IMG/VR virus record: IMGVR_UViG_3300021378_000020
Span: 3,460 to 67,459 of that record
Length of the DNA stretch: 64,000 nucleotides
DNA from: a virus
Direction: 5' to 3' (one strand)
A program made the position numbers and the translations under genes. The notes beneath the pieces are model-generated. The model was not told the DNA's origin, searched no databases, and was given only the letters and a program-made list of their open reading frames with translations. Shown piece after piece: positions 28,701 through 37,156 of the stretch. Positions within the stretch are counted from its first letter, which is position 1, and the number at the start of each line of letters is the position of its first letter.

Positions 28701-29635
28701 TCAGAATCAAATTCTCCCACTATGAGGCTAACCTCATTAAGGCCCTCTCGGAGCAAGAAGAATTTTTGGTCGTTGTCGAAGGTTTTTAATCCGACCCTTG
28801 CTTTTGTGTTTGATTCTTGACCAATGTATTGTGAATACTTTCCAGTCAAGATATCTGATTCAGACTTTGACCAAGAAGCAATAGTACCACTAATGGCTTT
28901 ACTCAAAGTACCGTCAGTGTTCATTGTTAGAGGTGTACCGGATGTTATACCATCACCCGTAACAGTGAACGATTTGAGAGAATCCACCTTACTGTCTAGT
29001 GCAGCAGTAGTTGCAGCGGCATCAGCTTTAGTTGCAATACTAGTAGTAACAGTTGATGCAAAGTTCTCATCGTCACCTAGTGCGGCCGCTAATTCGTTAA
29101 GAGTGTCTAGAGCAGCAGGAGCAGCATCAACAGTTGCAGCAACAACTTGGTCTGCGTATGTCTGAGCTTCTGACTTAGCAGTTGCAATAGATGAATCCAT
29201 CTGTGCAGTAGTTGAGTACGGAGTCAAGTCAGCTGAAGGAATTGCAGCAATTGCAGCATCCAAGTCTGCTTGTTGAGCAGCAGTATCAGCAAGAGCACCT
29301 TGAGCAGCAGTTGCTACGCCACTTGCAAGTGTCTGTTGAATCTGCGTAATTGCAGTTGAATTGTTCGTGATTAAAGTTGAAATGTCACCGTCTTCACTTT
29401 GGAATAAAGCGACAATCTCTTGGAGTGTATCCAAGTGTTCCGGAGAAGTGCCAAGAATTGCATCTACCTGCGCCTGGAGGGCAGCAAGGTCACTTGCGAC
29501 TGCTTCATTTACAGCCTCAGTGATTGCTGGTAGTACAAGTTTGCCTTCTGCGGTAATTACAAGTTGGTTACCGACAACTACTTCACCAGTAATGTCGACA
29601 CCATTTTGTATTCTAAATTTCTTATTAGTACTCAT
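22733..29635 (-). CDS. 2300-aa modular fibre: Ala-rich coiled-coil/knob linkers with three globular, probably beta-propeller, domains
   Basis: Repeated APxxLDTLNELAAALGDDxNFA fibre motif; FG-GAP-like blades (GRVYVF, FGGRGLAL, GAVYHFD, FGKEIS); internal DNA repeats. Confidence 0.75.
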   Translation of the reverse strand: MSTNKKFRIQNGVDITGEVVVGNQLVITAEGKLVLPAITEAVNEAVASDLAALQAQVDAILGTSPEHLDTLQEIVALFQSEDGDISTLITNNSTAITQIQQTLASGVATAAQGALADTAAQQADLDAAIAAIPSADLTPYSTTAQMDSSIATAKSEAQTYADQVVAATVDAAPAALDTLNELAAALGDDENFASTVTTSIATKADAAATTAALDSKVDSLKSFTVTGDGITSGTPLTMNTDGTLSKAISGTIASWSKSESDILTGKYSQYIGQESNTKARVGLKTFDNDQKFFLLREGLNEVSLIVGEFDSEGEPQELSSSIFPWRDYYTMATGYTPHSSTQWGAQHTIYTYAFNETSGKGIAIFGHTTNDPLIAVGFTVVNDTVIWGSASSAKELTVQPTAGICVSDLQVWSNGYWANDDRVTPGSGTDPWGGSDFIFHAGEKYGNATGIVGLKISTTGVVSQSFHRGRSPVAWQYTNNDIEAIMLGGMNHFDNTYYIVKTSQDASKYNVIVFDMDQYSTQQSPLFDDPQATYLEFDADIVTGTAFDSTTGNMLVHYYAGGDERLAAYNSGVLVSDTVINSNVGTPPTVLAMTENQRSIEVSDDGLIITSRRENPAATYNNGSNQWQYSIGKLHIETWSSDTSTTPVDSYEVIRPGFTSTTDAGAFWGIKKSNGSIFGLSYRFNHNSTPNGQGHDYNPSSWPSFSFTKSVAQIDSTKYIGIASETPSNYEVSVVISGGISSGHTGLIPSSIYYVQTDGSLGTTQTSLKAGVAISATEIKVSDNLSDALTDLSSYATKEYADQAAAGVDLSTYATTAQMDSAIAAIPATDLTPYSTTAQMDSAIAAIPATDLTPYSTTAQMDSSIATAKSEAQTYADQVVAATVDAAPATLDTLNELAAALGDDANFAATVTASLATKADDAATTAALADKVGLAEVDIRMEPIKQLAESAIQAEDFGSGISLSSQTLVDWSSDSVLQTPATIAAPSSVTSDAWAYGTIVANNSTKWATNDWLHDGDKGRVYVFNQSDNSLAFTLDGTSSGERMGSLAIIMNDEYIVAGSYNYNGEQGRVHVFSAVDGSPLYILEPDNVPNPWNQFKGRFGGRGLALEGSNLYVGSTEHITIGDGNVDGQYEAGAVYHFDLSTGNKVYRIENPIAEGYGSNNWFGKEISVHGNNVYVSYGSTHGGLHHYTLSGSTLTLQNSFAFGGISGLGDGANSQFGQQTDTNGTYFIAYAPMNQGSSGDFGVIVYKNEDLHNSVFEPIYNIDTTNAGYGGLLFIDGNVIAAGVGSSDSIQIYTLGDTLSEVVTGQTLSAGNIFSREGTDGGAKPFAYLSGSSKFIYRTEQSSTDIGMYDVVSSSTSSYIVDASVFATKDYVDSGVAGVDLSGYSTTAEMDSAIAAIPATDLTPYSTTAQMDAAIAVETGARETAVTSAISTASADATAKADAAQAAAIAAAGTAATQAIADTIDAAPASLDTLNELAAALGDDANFAATVTASLATKADDAATTAALADKADDAATTAALDSKVGLAEVDIRMEPIKQLAESAIQAEDFGTGITQVSTTVADWSLLTSADFAAISDPDEIYTKTDDVKVVDATDTHFVTLLMSNIPGDTSDTYRELTINVHLLDGTLVKSFQATEDYPELNYSWLSYLSVNGNYISLSRCAATGDDTGTGAYSKIYDIRNIAQADHGLVKTINEDNLRRLFTIDDTRAIAVYGGTYQAIDTVKVHNISDWSELYSFDTPGVPDETDFGGGYFVTGGVTGNTNAGITILSTSGSYGLAGIVYNELWHGPTNNTIMFANGITVNDKYVVFRTQETDGTNRAHVHNPVDGSYIRSFVEDSNNPWQVLNNTQGLGKAALALSGDVLFVPLGDYNSGTQQLKKGIAIYSILTGELLNEVTVFDGPRYSGGSEAENLYNVYTVGGSTIIDMNEETADGGSISPLIAAAPTSSTSSYGVDASVFASKDYVDSGVTGNESRLTIAENNLTALEADLSSEENARGAGDAALGLRLDSDKSELDTAIGTLGARLDSDKSELGAAIDAAIEQEVQTPLDLEIGRGSKSLRVGRNTVANTDGGIAIGDAANAAGAKSIALGTSATPTGDNGIEIKTSEAGTLSYSSDSDWSFGAPVTAPSFIGDGSGLTGISSDVTSAIAAEETRATSAESGLQTQISNILSNTDSAALNSLAEIVTEFQNADSTLSGVIGGHGTRLTDLEGRTTDNIPEGITNKYYSDELVKATLSGGLCINDTKLQATGEIAVDEVEAEQSLRVAEAVVSDDTTKLEGQDGSHYRIDIYDVNGTIVN
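23726..25549. repeat. 48-nt direct repeat pair (23726-23773 / 25502-25549) on the downstream side of globular domains 3 and 2
   Basis: AACACCAGAGTCAACATAGTCTTTA[C/G]TAGCAAATACTGAAGCATC[G/A]AC; encodes VDASVFA(S/T)KDYVDSGV. Confidence 0.9.
24977..26846. repeat. 85-nt direct repeat pair (24977-25061 / 26762-26846) on the upstream side of globular domains 3 and 2
   Basis: One mismatch; encodes KVGLAEVDIRMEPIKQLAESAIQAEDFG. Confidence 0.9.
26969..29232. repeat. 119-nt identical direct repeat pair (26969-27087 / 29114-29232)
   Basis: Encodes DLTPYSTTAQMDSSIATAKSEAQTYADQVVAATVDAAPA twice. Confidence 0.9.
27047..27195. repeat. 63-nt tandem repeat, ~2.3 copies
   Basis: Units start at 27048, 27111 and 27174; 21-aa repeat TTAQMDSAIAAIPATDLTPYS. 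Confidence 0.9.
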
Positions 29636-29666
29636 TTTTAAGTATACCTTTTAGAATGGTTAATGA

Positions 29667-29826
29667 GGGACTGGACTGATTCCAGTCCCGATGAATAAAA
29701 GTAGAAGAATTCCACTTTCTATTTGGAATATGTTCTGAAGACCAGAACGTATTTTAAATACCCCCAGCCCATTATGGACTGAGGAGTAAGCTTAAAAGGG
29801 GAAATGAAAGGGTTACTATATTTCCC
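29667..29826 (-). ncRNA. structured leader of five consecutive hairpins upstream of the 2300-aa fibre gene
   Basis: GGGAAAU..AUUUCCC; UACUCCUCAGUCCAU..AUGGGCUGGGGGUA; UACGUUCUG..CAGAACAUA; AAAGUGGAA..UUCUACUUU; GGGACUGGA..UCCAGUCCC. Confidence 0.5.
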
Positions 29827-29841
29827 AGTGATATTTGATAT

Positions 29842-29849
29842 TATTTATA
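29842..29849 (-). promoter_or_regulatory. T4-type late promoter upstream of the 2300-aa fibre gene
   Basis: TATAAATA. Confidence 0.8.
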
Positions 29850-29856
29850 ATGAATT

Positions 29857-29880
29857 AAAGGGGGGTGGAAACCCACCCCC
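29857..29880 (-). terminator. intrinsic terminator after the 1824-aa gene
   Basis: GGGGGUGG-GUUU-CCACCCCC followed by CUUU. Confidence 0.75.
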
Positions 29881-29896
29881 GATTTTATGGTTTGTA

Positions 29897-32800
29897 TTAT
29901 ACGTCAACGTAAGAAGCAGATACCGATACTACTGCACCAGCAATTACCGATGTATAAGTCAATTCAACACTTGAACCATTGATCTGAACATCAGTATCAC
30001 CCAACGCGTTGGAACCTGTGAATAGGATACCATATTCAGTGATGTATGGGTTTGTGCCGTCATGAATAACTAGACATTCGCGAGTTTCAAATTCGCCATT
30101 GCTTTCTACAGTAACGATGTACTTGGCAGAACGATATATGGTTTTATTGAATGCAGAAACTACTGTAGCAGAAGTTCCAGCAATAACGTCATTACCCTGC
30201 TCAAATACCTTGATGTTGTCCGCAAGAGTTTCTAGACCAACAGACTTAGGATCTAGTACACCAACCGAGTTAGTAGACTGAGCGATTACAACCGCCTGTG
30301 TACCGACTGGAAGTGCAGCATTGAAGGTGATTTGTTGTGCAACAGCATCAATCGAGTAGTGAACCGATGGATCCTGAATAACACCACCAACGAATACCAT
30401 TGCGTTAACTTCTTGAGTGTAGAAGTCCAAAGCAAACGTAGACTGTGCACCGTCACCAGAGATGACCTGACGTTTTGCGTCATTGAATGCCAACGTGGAA
30501 GGGTCAACAAGTTCCATAGCAGAACCGTCAGTCTTAACACGAGCAACAAAACCGTTCTTATCTACTAGGTCTGTATCGACAACGTCTTCCAACTCAACGA
30601 ACTTCTTACCAGTTGATACTGACAGAACACCAGATGTATTGTTGTAAGATACATTACCTTCACCGTCTACGTCTGTGACCGAGATTGAAGCACGTGCACG
30701 AGCAGGAGTGAAGTATTCGTTATCACCTTCGGAAAGGTTAGTGGTTGAGAATACAGAGATATGTTGAGCAGCAAGACCGCCGTCCAATTGACCTTTGTTC
30801 ACTGCGTCAGAAGAGAGCGTACCGTTTGCAAGACCACCGATCTTGTTATCGGACATGTCCAGTACGCCAAACATTGCGTCGCCAGACTTGCTTACTTTAC
30901 CGTCGATTTGAGTCTGTAGACCCGCATCGGCAGCAGCAAACTCACCACGAATCAAACCATCTTGGGTTGCACGAGTAGTTGCTTCAGTTGTTAGGTCAGC
31001 AGCATTTGTTGCGATGTCTGTTTGGTTCTGAGTAATCAGACCAGTTAGAGTACCATCGGCAGACTGGAATGCAGAGACGATTTCAGTTAGTGAATCTAGA
31101 GCAGCAGAGTCAGTGTTCGACGTAATGAAGTCAATTTGAGTCTGTAGTGAACCTTCAACACCTTGTGCGCGTGATGACTCATCAGAAATCGCAACAGCGT
31201 TTGCAGTGATTAGTACACCGTTTGCAGCTTCAGCAGCAGTCGCACGACCAACTTCTGTTGCTAGGTTAGTTGTTAGTACACCTTCAGCAGCAGTAGCACG
31301 AGCAACTTCAGCATCCATTTGTGATTGCAAGTTTGCATCACCAGCGATACGAGCGTTGTCACCAGACTTGATTGCAGCGTCTAACTTTTTGTCTGCATCT
31401 GCTAGAGATGTAGATAGGTCAATATAGTTAGTAGTTCCACTATCTGGAGAAGCGTAAGTACCGTCAGCATTTAGACCAGCAGCAAGTTGAGTTGCAGTCA
31501 TTTCTGTTTCAAGTACAGTAGCACGAGAATCAAGAGCGTTATCAGCAACTTGACGTGAGTTTGCTTCTGTAGAAATCTTACCGTCTAGTACGTTATCTGC
31601 ATTGTCACGTAGAGTTGCTTCGTTAGCAACGATGCCGTCTGCATAAATCTTAGCAGTAGCCTCAGCATCATCTGCTTCTGATTCCGCATAAGACTGAGCA
31701 GATGCAAGAACAGCAGCGTCACGAGCAATGTAGTCCGCTTGGTCAGTTACACGATGTGCAGCTAGGTCAGAACGGATTAGTGAATCAGCGGCAGTTCGGT
31801 CAAGAATTTCTGTAGCAAGTGCGTCACTGTCTGCGTCTGCACGAAGAGAGGCAGTTGCAATGGCAGAGGTGTTAACATTAACTTCAGAGTGAAGTTCATC
31901 GATTGCACCAGTGATAGACTGAGCAGTAGTATCAAATACACCGTCACCCAACTTAGTTTCTAGAGCGTCAATGTCTGCTTCGTTAACAGTTAGACGACCA
32001 CCTTGTAGTGTCTGTTCTGTTTCAAGAGCAGTAGCACGAGTTTCTAGACCAGTAGCACGACCTTCAACATTGTCCATCTCAACTTGTAGAGTAGCAACTT
32101 TACCAGTTTCTGCATCTAGTTGAGTGTGGAGTTCGTTTACAGCTGTAGTAACATCAGTAGCAACAGTTGCAAGAGTTGAAGAACCCATCTGAGTTTGTAG
32201 AGTATCAACATGACCTTCTTCTGTAGAAACACGTGATTCTAGTGAAGTTGCACGACCTTCTACTGCGTCCATTTCAGACTGTAGAGTGTCTACATTTGCT
32301 TCTTCTGTAGTAACACGAGCAGCAAGAGCAGCAAGAGCAAGAACATCTGCGTCAATCTCACCATGCAATTCATTGATTGCAGCTGATAGGTCAGATGCTA
32401 CAGTTACTAGGGTTGCAGTACCTTGTTTAGCTTCTAGTGCATCGATGTCTGCTTCATTAGCTGTTAGACGACCGTCTTGTTCTAAGTCTTTCGCTTCAGT
32501 TGCAGTGGAACGAGATTCTAGTGAAGTTGCACGAGATTCTACGTCAGTTGCACGTACTTCTAGTGCATCGATGTCTGCTTCGTTAACAGTTAGACGACCA
32601 GAGTTTGCAGTAATGATGTTTTGAATGTCTGAGTCAGCATCTTCGAACGCAGCAACGATTTCTTGAAGTGTATCGAGAGTCTCTGGAGAAGTACCGATGA
32701 TTGCATCAACACGACCAGTTACACTGTCAACGTCTGTACGTAGACCTGCTTCAACACCAGTTGCACGAGTTACTTCAGCAGTAATCTGTGATTGGTTGTC

Positions 32801-35371
32801 TGCATGGTCAGCAGCTTGTAGAGTTTGTAGAGCAAGAATCTCACCGTCATTTGCGGTGATTTGCGCTTGGTTTGAATCAACGTCTGTACGTAGACCAGCT
32901 TCGATACCAGTTGCACGAGTCACTTCAGCACTGATTGCTAGTTCGTTAACTACTTCAGCAGCCTTAGCACGTGTAACTTCAGCAGTGATTTGTGCTTGGT
33001 TATCACTATGGTCAGATGCCTGAAGAGTTGCAAGAGCAAGAATATCAGAATCGTTTGAAGTGATTTGTGCTTGGTTTGAATCAACATCAGTACGTAGACC
33101 AGCTTCGATACCAGTTGCACGAGCGATTTCTGAAGTGATTTGAACCTGTAGGTCTGAGTCAGCATCTTGGAAATCTGTGATAGCACCATCTACACGTAGG
33201 TCTAATGCAGCTTCTGCCGCTAGAGCACGTGCTCGTTCAGTGTTAATCGCACCTTGGTTAGCTGAGATGTTTACAGTATTAGTGTTAACGTCTGTACGTA
33301 GACCAGCTTCAACCGCTTCTGCACGTTGACGTTCTGTAACAACAGCAGTAGCATTAATAGCTTCCGCAGCAGTAGCACGAGCAACTTCAGTGGTGATTTG
33401 TGACTGTAGACCAGAATCACCAGCAATACGACTAGCAATTTCAGAAGTGATTTGACCTTGTAGGTCTGAATCGCCAGAATGACGAGCAACTTCTTCTGCA
33501 CGTAGGTCGATTTCATTCTGTGCAGCAAGAGCTTCAACAGAATCCATATCACCTTCTAGTACTGTAGTACGTAGAGATAGTGCATTGTCAGCAGCCAAAC
33601 GAGTTGCTGCTTCAGCAGAAACCTGTGCGTCTGTGTATGCAGTTGCCTGTGTTTTAGCAGTTGCGATACGAGCAGTAACAGTGTTACCAACAGTACCGTC
33701 TACAGATGCGTCACCGATAAGTGCAGCGTCTTGTGCGTCAGCATGTGCCTGTGCAGCTGCCTGATGAGAATCTGCCTCTGCGTCAGTGTATGACTTAGCA
33801 GATGCAAGTGTTGCAGCGTCAGCAGCAATTCGAGCAGCTTCTTCAGCAGTAATCTGTGATTGTAGACCAGTGTCCGCAATTGCACGAGTTGATGCTTCAG
33901 TGTCGATGTTGGTTTGTAGAATGCCTTCAGCAGCTTCTGCACGTGCTTTCTCAGTAGAGATTGCAGTAGTGTTAGAAGAAACAAGAGCAGACATATCGCT
34001 ATCAGCATTTTGGAATGCAGAAACGATTTCTGTTAGTGAGTCTAGTGCAGCTGAGTCAGTATTCGAAGTGATGAAGTTGATTTGGTTCTGCAAATCAGTA
34101 TCTTGTGCAATTCGTGCAGCTTCTTCTGTGTTAATGTTACCTTGTAGAACTACTTCAGCAGCAGTAGCACGAGCTTCTTCTGCATCAAGTTCAGTCTGTA
34201 ACGCAAGGTCACCAGCAACACGTTCGAGTTCTTCAACAGTTAGTTCTGCTTCTGCCTTTGCGACTGCTTCTGCTTTTGCAGTTGCAATGCGGTCAGTAAC
34301 TGTATTGTTTGCAGTACCATCAACAGTAACGTCACCGATGAGTAGGTCATCATGCGCCTTTGCAGATACTAGAGTTGCAGCATCTCCAGAAATGATGTCA
34401 GCGCCTAAATCAGTACGAACCTGAGTATCGGCAATAGCACGTGCGTTAATTTCGTCTTGTAGGTTTTGTGCGTTTGCAGCTTCTGCACCAGTAGCACGAG
34501 CAATTTCGTCTGCAAGATCCTGAGTAAGGACACCTTCAGCAGAAGTCGCACGACCAACTTCAGAAGTAATCTGAGACTGGAGTGATATAGATGTTGCTTC
34601 TTCAGTTGTTAGACGTGCAGATAGTGCACCGTCAGCTAAAATACGTGCAGTCTCTTCAGCAGTAAGCAATGAAGTGATTGCAACTTCAGCAGCAGTAGCA
34701 CGAGCAGTCTCAACAGAAATCGCAGTTGCGTTTTCAGTTTCTTTGCTGATTGCACGAGAAACTTCGGAAGTGATTGCAGCAGAGTTAGCAATAATTGAAG
34801 CAGATAGTACGTCATCCGCGTCTTCGAACGCTTTGATTACTTCTACGAACGAATCGATTGCAGCTGAATCAGTATTGCTTAGGATGTCATCGATACGACC
34901 AGAAAGAGCTGTATCAGCAGACTGATATGCCGCTTCCATTGAATCTTCCCGAGCTTTCGCACGAGTTTCTTCAGCACTGATGTTTGATTGTAGTGTAATA
35001 TCCGCTTGTGCACGTGTTGATGCTTCAGCATCAATATTAGACTGTAGTAGTTGTTCTGCAACTGTCGCACGGCTTGTTTCTACCGCTACCGCATCCGCGA
35101 TATCTTGAGCAACTGCAGCCTGAGCACGCTCAGGTGTAAAATACTGATTGGCACCTTCTTGCAAATCATCCGTTGAGAATGAAGAGAAGAACGCGTCTGC
35201 TGTAATCTTCTTTAATGAGTCTGAACCGACATCATAGAGAAGCGTAAAACAGTCCGCTGGGTTTACCATATCTGTAAGGGTTGATTGTCCCTGTACCGCA
35301 CTTTCGTCTAGTTTGGTATTGATTACCGCTTTATCGGCTAGTGCTGGGGATTTAATCTGCCTAAATGCCAT
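29897..35371 (-). CDS. 1824-aa very long alpha coiled-coil fibre with periodic knob motifs and C-terminal beta domains
   Basis: ExxRAxxxE repeats; four TDSAALDSLTEIVSAFQxAD-type knobs; C-terminal GDGAQSTF..VFVGGVIQDP and YRSAKYIVTV..HDG..ITEYG domains typical of T4-like marine phage virion proteins. Confidence 0.75.
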   Translation of the reverse strand: MAFRQIKSPALADKAVINTKLDESAVQGQSTLTDMVNPADCFTLLYDVGSDSLKKITADAFFSSFSTDDLQEGANQYFTPERAQAAVAQDIADAVAVETSRATVAEQLLQSNIDAEASTRAQADITLQSNISAEETRAKAREDSMEAAYQSADTALSGRIDDILSNTDSAAIDSFVEVIKAFEDADDVLSASIIANSAAITSEVSRAISKETENATAISVETARATAAEVAITSLLTAEETARILADGALSARLTTEEATSISLQSQITSEVGRATSAEGVLTQDLADEIARATGAEAANAQNLQDEINARAIADTQVRTDLGADIISGDAATLVSAKAHDDLLIGDVTVDGTANNTVTDRIATAKAEAVAKAEAELTVEELERVAGDLALQTELDAEEARATAAEVVLQGNINTEEAARIAQDTDLQNQINFITSNTDSAALDSLTEIVSAFQNADSDMSALVSSNTTAISTEKARAEAAEGILQTNIDTEASTRAIADTGLQSQITAEEAARIAADAATLASAKSYTDAEADSHQAAAQAHADAQDAALIGDASVDGTVGNTVTARIATAKTQATAYTDAQVSAEAATRLAADNALSLRTTVLEGDMDSVEALAAQNEIDLRAEEVARHSGDSDLQGQITSEIASRIAGDSGLQSQITTEVARATAAEAINATAVVTERQRAEAVEAGLRTDVNTNTVNISANQGAINTERARALAAEAALDLRVDGAITDFQDADSDLQVQITSEIARATGIEAGLRTDVDSNQAQITSNDSDILALATLQASDHSDNQAQITAEVTRAKAAEVVNELAISAEVTRATGIEAGLRTDVDSNQAQITANDGEILALQTLQAADHADNQSQITAEVTRATGVEAGLRTDVDSVTGRVDAIIGTSPETLDTLQEIVAAFEDADSDIQNIITANSGRLTVNEADIDALEVRATDVESRATSLESRSTATEAKDLEQDGRLTANEADIDALEAKQGTATLVTVASDLSAAINELHGEIDADVLALAALAARVTTEEANVDTLQSEMDAVEGRATSLESRVSTEEGHVDTLQTQMGSSTLATVATDVTTAVNELHTQLDAETGKVATLQVEMDNVEGRATGLETRATALETEQTLQGGRLTVNEADIDALETKLGDGVFDTTAQSITGAIDELHSEVNVNTSAIATASLRADADSDALATEILDRTAADSLIRSDLAAHRVTDQADYIARDAAVLASAQSYAESEADDAEATAKIYADGIVANEATLRDNADNVLDGKISTEANSRQVADNALDSRATVLETEMTATQLAAGLNADGTYASPDSGTTNYIDLSTSLADADKKLDAAIKSGDNARIAGDANLQSQMDAEVARATAAEGVLTTNLATEVGRATAAEAANGVLITANAVAISDESSRAQGVEGSLQTQIDFITSNTDSAALDSLTEIVSAFQSADGTLTGLITQNQTDIATNAADLTTEATTRATQDGLIRGEFAAADAGLQTQIDGKVSKSGDAMFGVLDMSDNKIGGLANGTLSSDAVNKGQLDGGLAAQHISVFSTTNLSEGDNEYFTPARARASISVTDVDGEGNVSYNNTSGVLSVSTGKKFVELEDVVDTDLVDKNGFVARVKTDGSAMELVDPSTLAFNDAKRQVISGDGAQSTFALDFYTQEVNAMVFVGGVIQDPSVHYSIDAVAQQITFNAALPVGTQAVVIAQSTNSVGVLDPKSVGLETLADNIKVFEQGNDVIAGTSATVVSAFNKTIYRSAKYIVTVESNGEFETRECLVIHDGTNPYITEYGILFTGSNALGDTDVQINGSSVELTYTSVIAGAVVSVSASYVDV

Positions 35372-35435
35372 TAGGTTATCTCCTAGGATTGAGTTATTAG
35401 TTTTTTCTGAATATAATTAAACGTTTAATAATATA

Positions 35436-35795
35436 CTAACGAAATTTAATATAAATGTCCGTTCCAATTGGAGGGATCTCAAAGAACTGTATAGTGTTGT
35501 CGATGGTTGCGTAAATTTCTTCGGGGTGTTGAAGAACATCATTCACCCATACGTCAATCAAATCATCGCGAGATGGGGTGCCATTCAAAGTAAACAATGC
35601 AGTGTCGCCTGGAGCAGTGATCGATTGTGCCTCCGGAATTACTGTTCTACCACTTGTAGACGATGAAGTGCCTTCGATAAGGTCGAATAATATGGTTTCT
35701 TGGCCGGGTGTTGACTCAACCTCTTGTTGCTTAGACTTAGCTAAGTTAAATAAGCTTTCGGCAAGTACCCGATTAAACGACTTGTTATTGATCAT
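35436..35795 (-). CDS. small virion structural protein
   Basis: PGDTALFTL..IDVWVNDVLQHPEEIY..IQFFEIPP; same domain type as the C-terminal part of 29897-35371. Confidence 0.7.
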   Translation of the reverse strand: MINNKSFNRVLAESLFNLAKSKQQEVESTPGQETILFDLIEGTSSSTSGRTVIPEAQSITAPGDTALFTLNGTPSRDDLIDVWVNDVLQHPEEIYATIDNTIQFFEIPPIGTDIYIKFR

Positions 35796-35832
35796 ATTGA
35801 GGCGATACTATAGGATGGTTAATATACCCCTT

Positions 35833-35840
35833 TATTTATA
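35833..35840 (-). promoter_or_regulatory. T4-type late promoter
   Basis: TATAAATA. Confidence 0.75.
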
Positions 35841-35864
35841 ACTAAAGGGAACTTGACTAGATAA

Positions 35865-36752
35865 TTAATTTTGCATCAATTGTTGCAACATAGTCTTGAT
35901 CTCTTGGACATCGCTGTCTAATGAGTCAAGTCTAGTATTAACGTCATCTAATTCAGTTTGAGTTGGTATAGTTTCACCATTTAATGTGTAGTGTCCAAGA
36001 AGTTGAACACCAGAATTATCCAGAACGAACCTATCATCGTTCAGATGTTGTATTTTAAACTTACTATCATTGAAACCTAAATGCTTGATGATAGTATCAA
36101 CGCTATTATGATAGAATCTAGTTTCTTCGTTTGTTCCTACTGAGAATGAAAAGTGGTCATCCAAAATAAGGTCATTGCCAAGAGAAACTCCGGTTGAGTT
36201 GTAGGCGGCTACTTGAACAACTTGTTCCTCGTCTACAACGTGGGTTAGGGAAATAGTATTCCCGTCATCAGCAACATAGTCCATTCCTTGATGGAGTAGA
36301 ACACCGTTGAGATATACTTGAATCCTTGATGCGTTATCGGGGTTAGGGTCATACGTAAGCACATCTCCCGAATCATCTGCTCCGGCAACTACCTCTAGTG
36401 TTCCATCTGAAGTATAGATATATGAGTTGAAAGTAGTAGTGGCAGAAAGATTGTCGGTGCCAGTACCAATCTCGACGATTGTCTGTATCCCACCATCATA
36501 CTCTCGTTTGATATAGAGCTTGCCATCTTGGGTGTTAATACCAATCTCACCCAATTTCAACTCATCGATTGCTGGAATATCACCAAGTCCGTCAAAAGTC
36601 TTAATATTACCACGACCTCCGGATATGACACTACTAACAGGTCTCCCAACGGTGACTCTTCTTACTTTAGTTGTGCCACTACCCACCCCACCAATTTTCT
36701 TGACTAGGGTTTCACTTTCAGTTCCAGATGTAGAGACCTTCCTTATAGGCAT
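35865..36752 (-). CDS. virion structural / fibre adaptor protein
   Basis: LKLGEIGINTQDGKLY (Mtd/hyaluronidase N-terminal-like motif), IQVYLNGVLL domain, C-terminal coiled coil. Confidence 0.7.
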   Translation of the reverse strand: MPIRKVSTSGTESETLVKKIGGVGSGTTKVRRVTVGRPVSSVISGGRGNIKTFDGLGDIPAIDELKLGEIGINTQDGKLYIKREYDGGIQTIVEIGTGTDNLSATTTFNSYIYTSDGTLEVVAGADDSGDVLTYDPNPDNASRIQVYLNGVLLHQGMDYVADDGNTISLTHVVDEEQVVQVAAYNSTGVSLGNDLILDDHFSFSVGTNEETRFYHNSVDTIIKHLGFNDSKFKIQHLNDDRFVLDNSGVQLLGHYTLNGETIPTQTELDDVNTRLDSLDSDVQEIKTMLQQLMQN

Positions 36753-36759
36753 GGTATTA

Positions 36760-37116
36760 TTACCTTGTTACCGAAGGATTGACTTTTATTTTACCTTCTA
36801 ATACTCGCTCTATGATAGTATTGCCTTCTGTGTCGACATAACTTATCTCGACATCATAGACATACCTACCGCGAGTAGATAGTAAATCGGTTTGAATGTT
36901 AGTTAGGGATATAGTAACGACGCCATTGGTCGAAGGTTCTGCGACAATGGCCGTAAAGTCAACAGTACTGTCGGCATCGCTTCTGAAGGTTTTCTTCATC
37001 TTAGCAGCAACCGAAAACCCTGTTAGGTCTTTTGTTGATTGGTCTGGATCTACTAATTCTATTTGCAGAGCAAAATCAGAACCTTGATCAATTGTGAAAT
37101 CTTCGTAAGTTGCCAT
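36760..37116 (-). CDS. beta-sandwich virion protein (BppU-N / LtfC-like)
   Basis: IDQGSDF..DLTGFSVAAKM..GVVTISLT..GRYVYDVEI..RVLEGKIKVNPSVT; GAGG RBS. Confidence 0.75.
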   Translation of the reverse strand: MATYEDFTIDQGSDFALQIELVDPDQSTKDLTGFSVAAKMKKTFRSDADSTVDFTAIVAEPSTNGVVTISLTNIQTDLLSTRGRYVYDVEISYVDTEGNTIIERVLEGKIKVNPSVTR

Positions 37117-37156
37117 ATTCCTCAAAACCTTAAACAGTTTATATAATGTCTCTCTC

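Noticed and set aside
24843-34424. Long + strand ORFs (e.g. 24843-25481, 32286-32624, 33786-34424)
   Set aside because: Antisense shadows of Ala/Thr-rich minus-strand genes with biased codons; no RBS or promoter context and no protein-like motifs.
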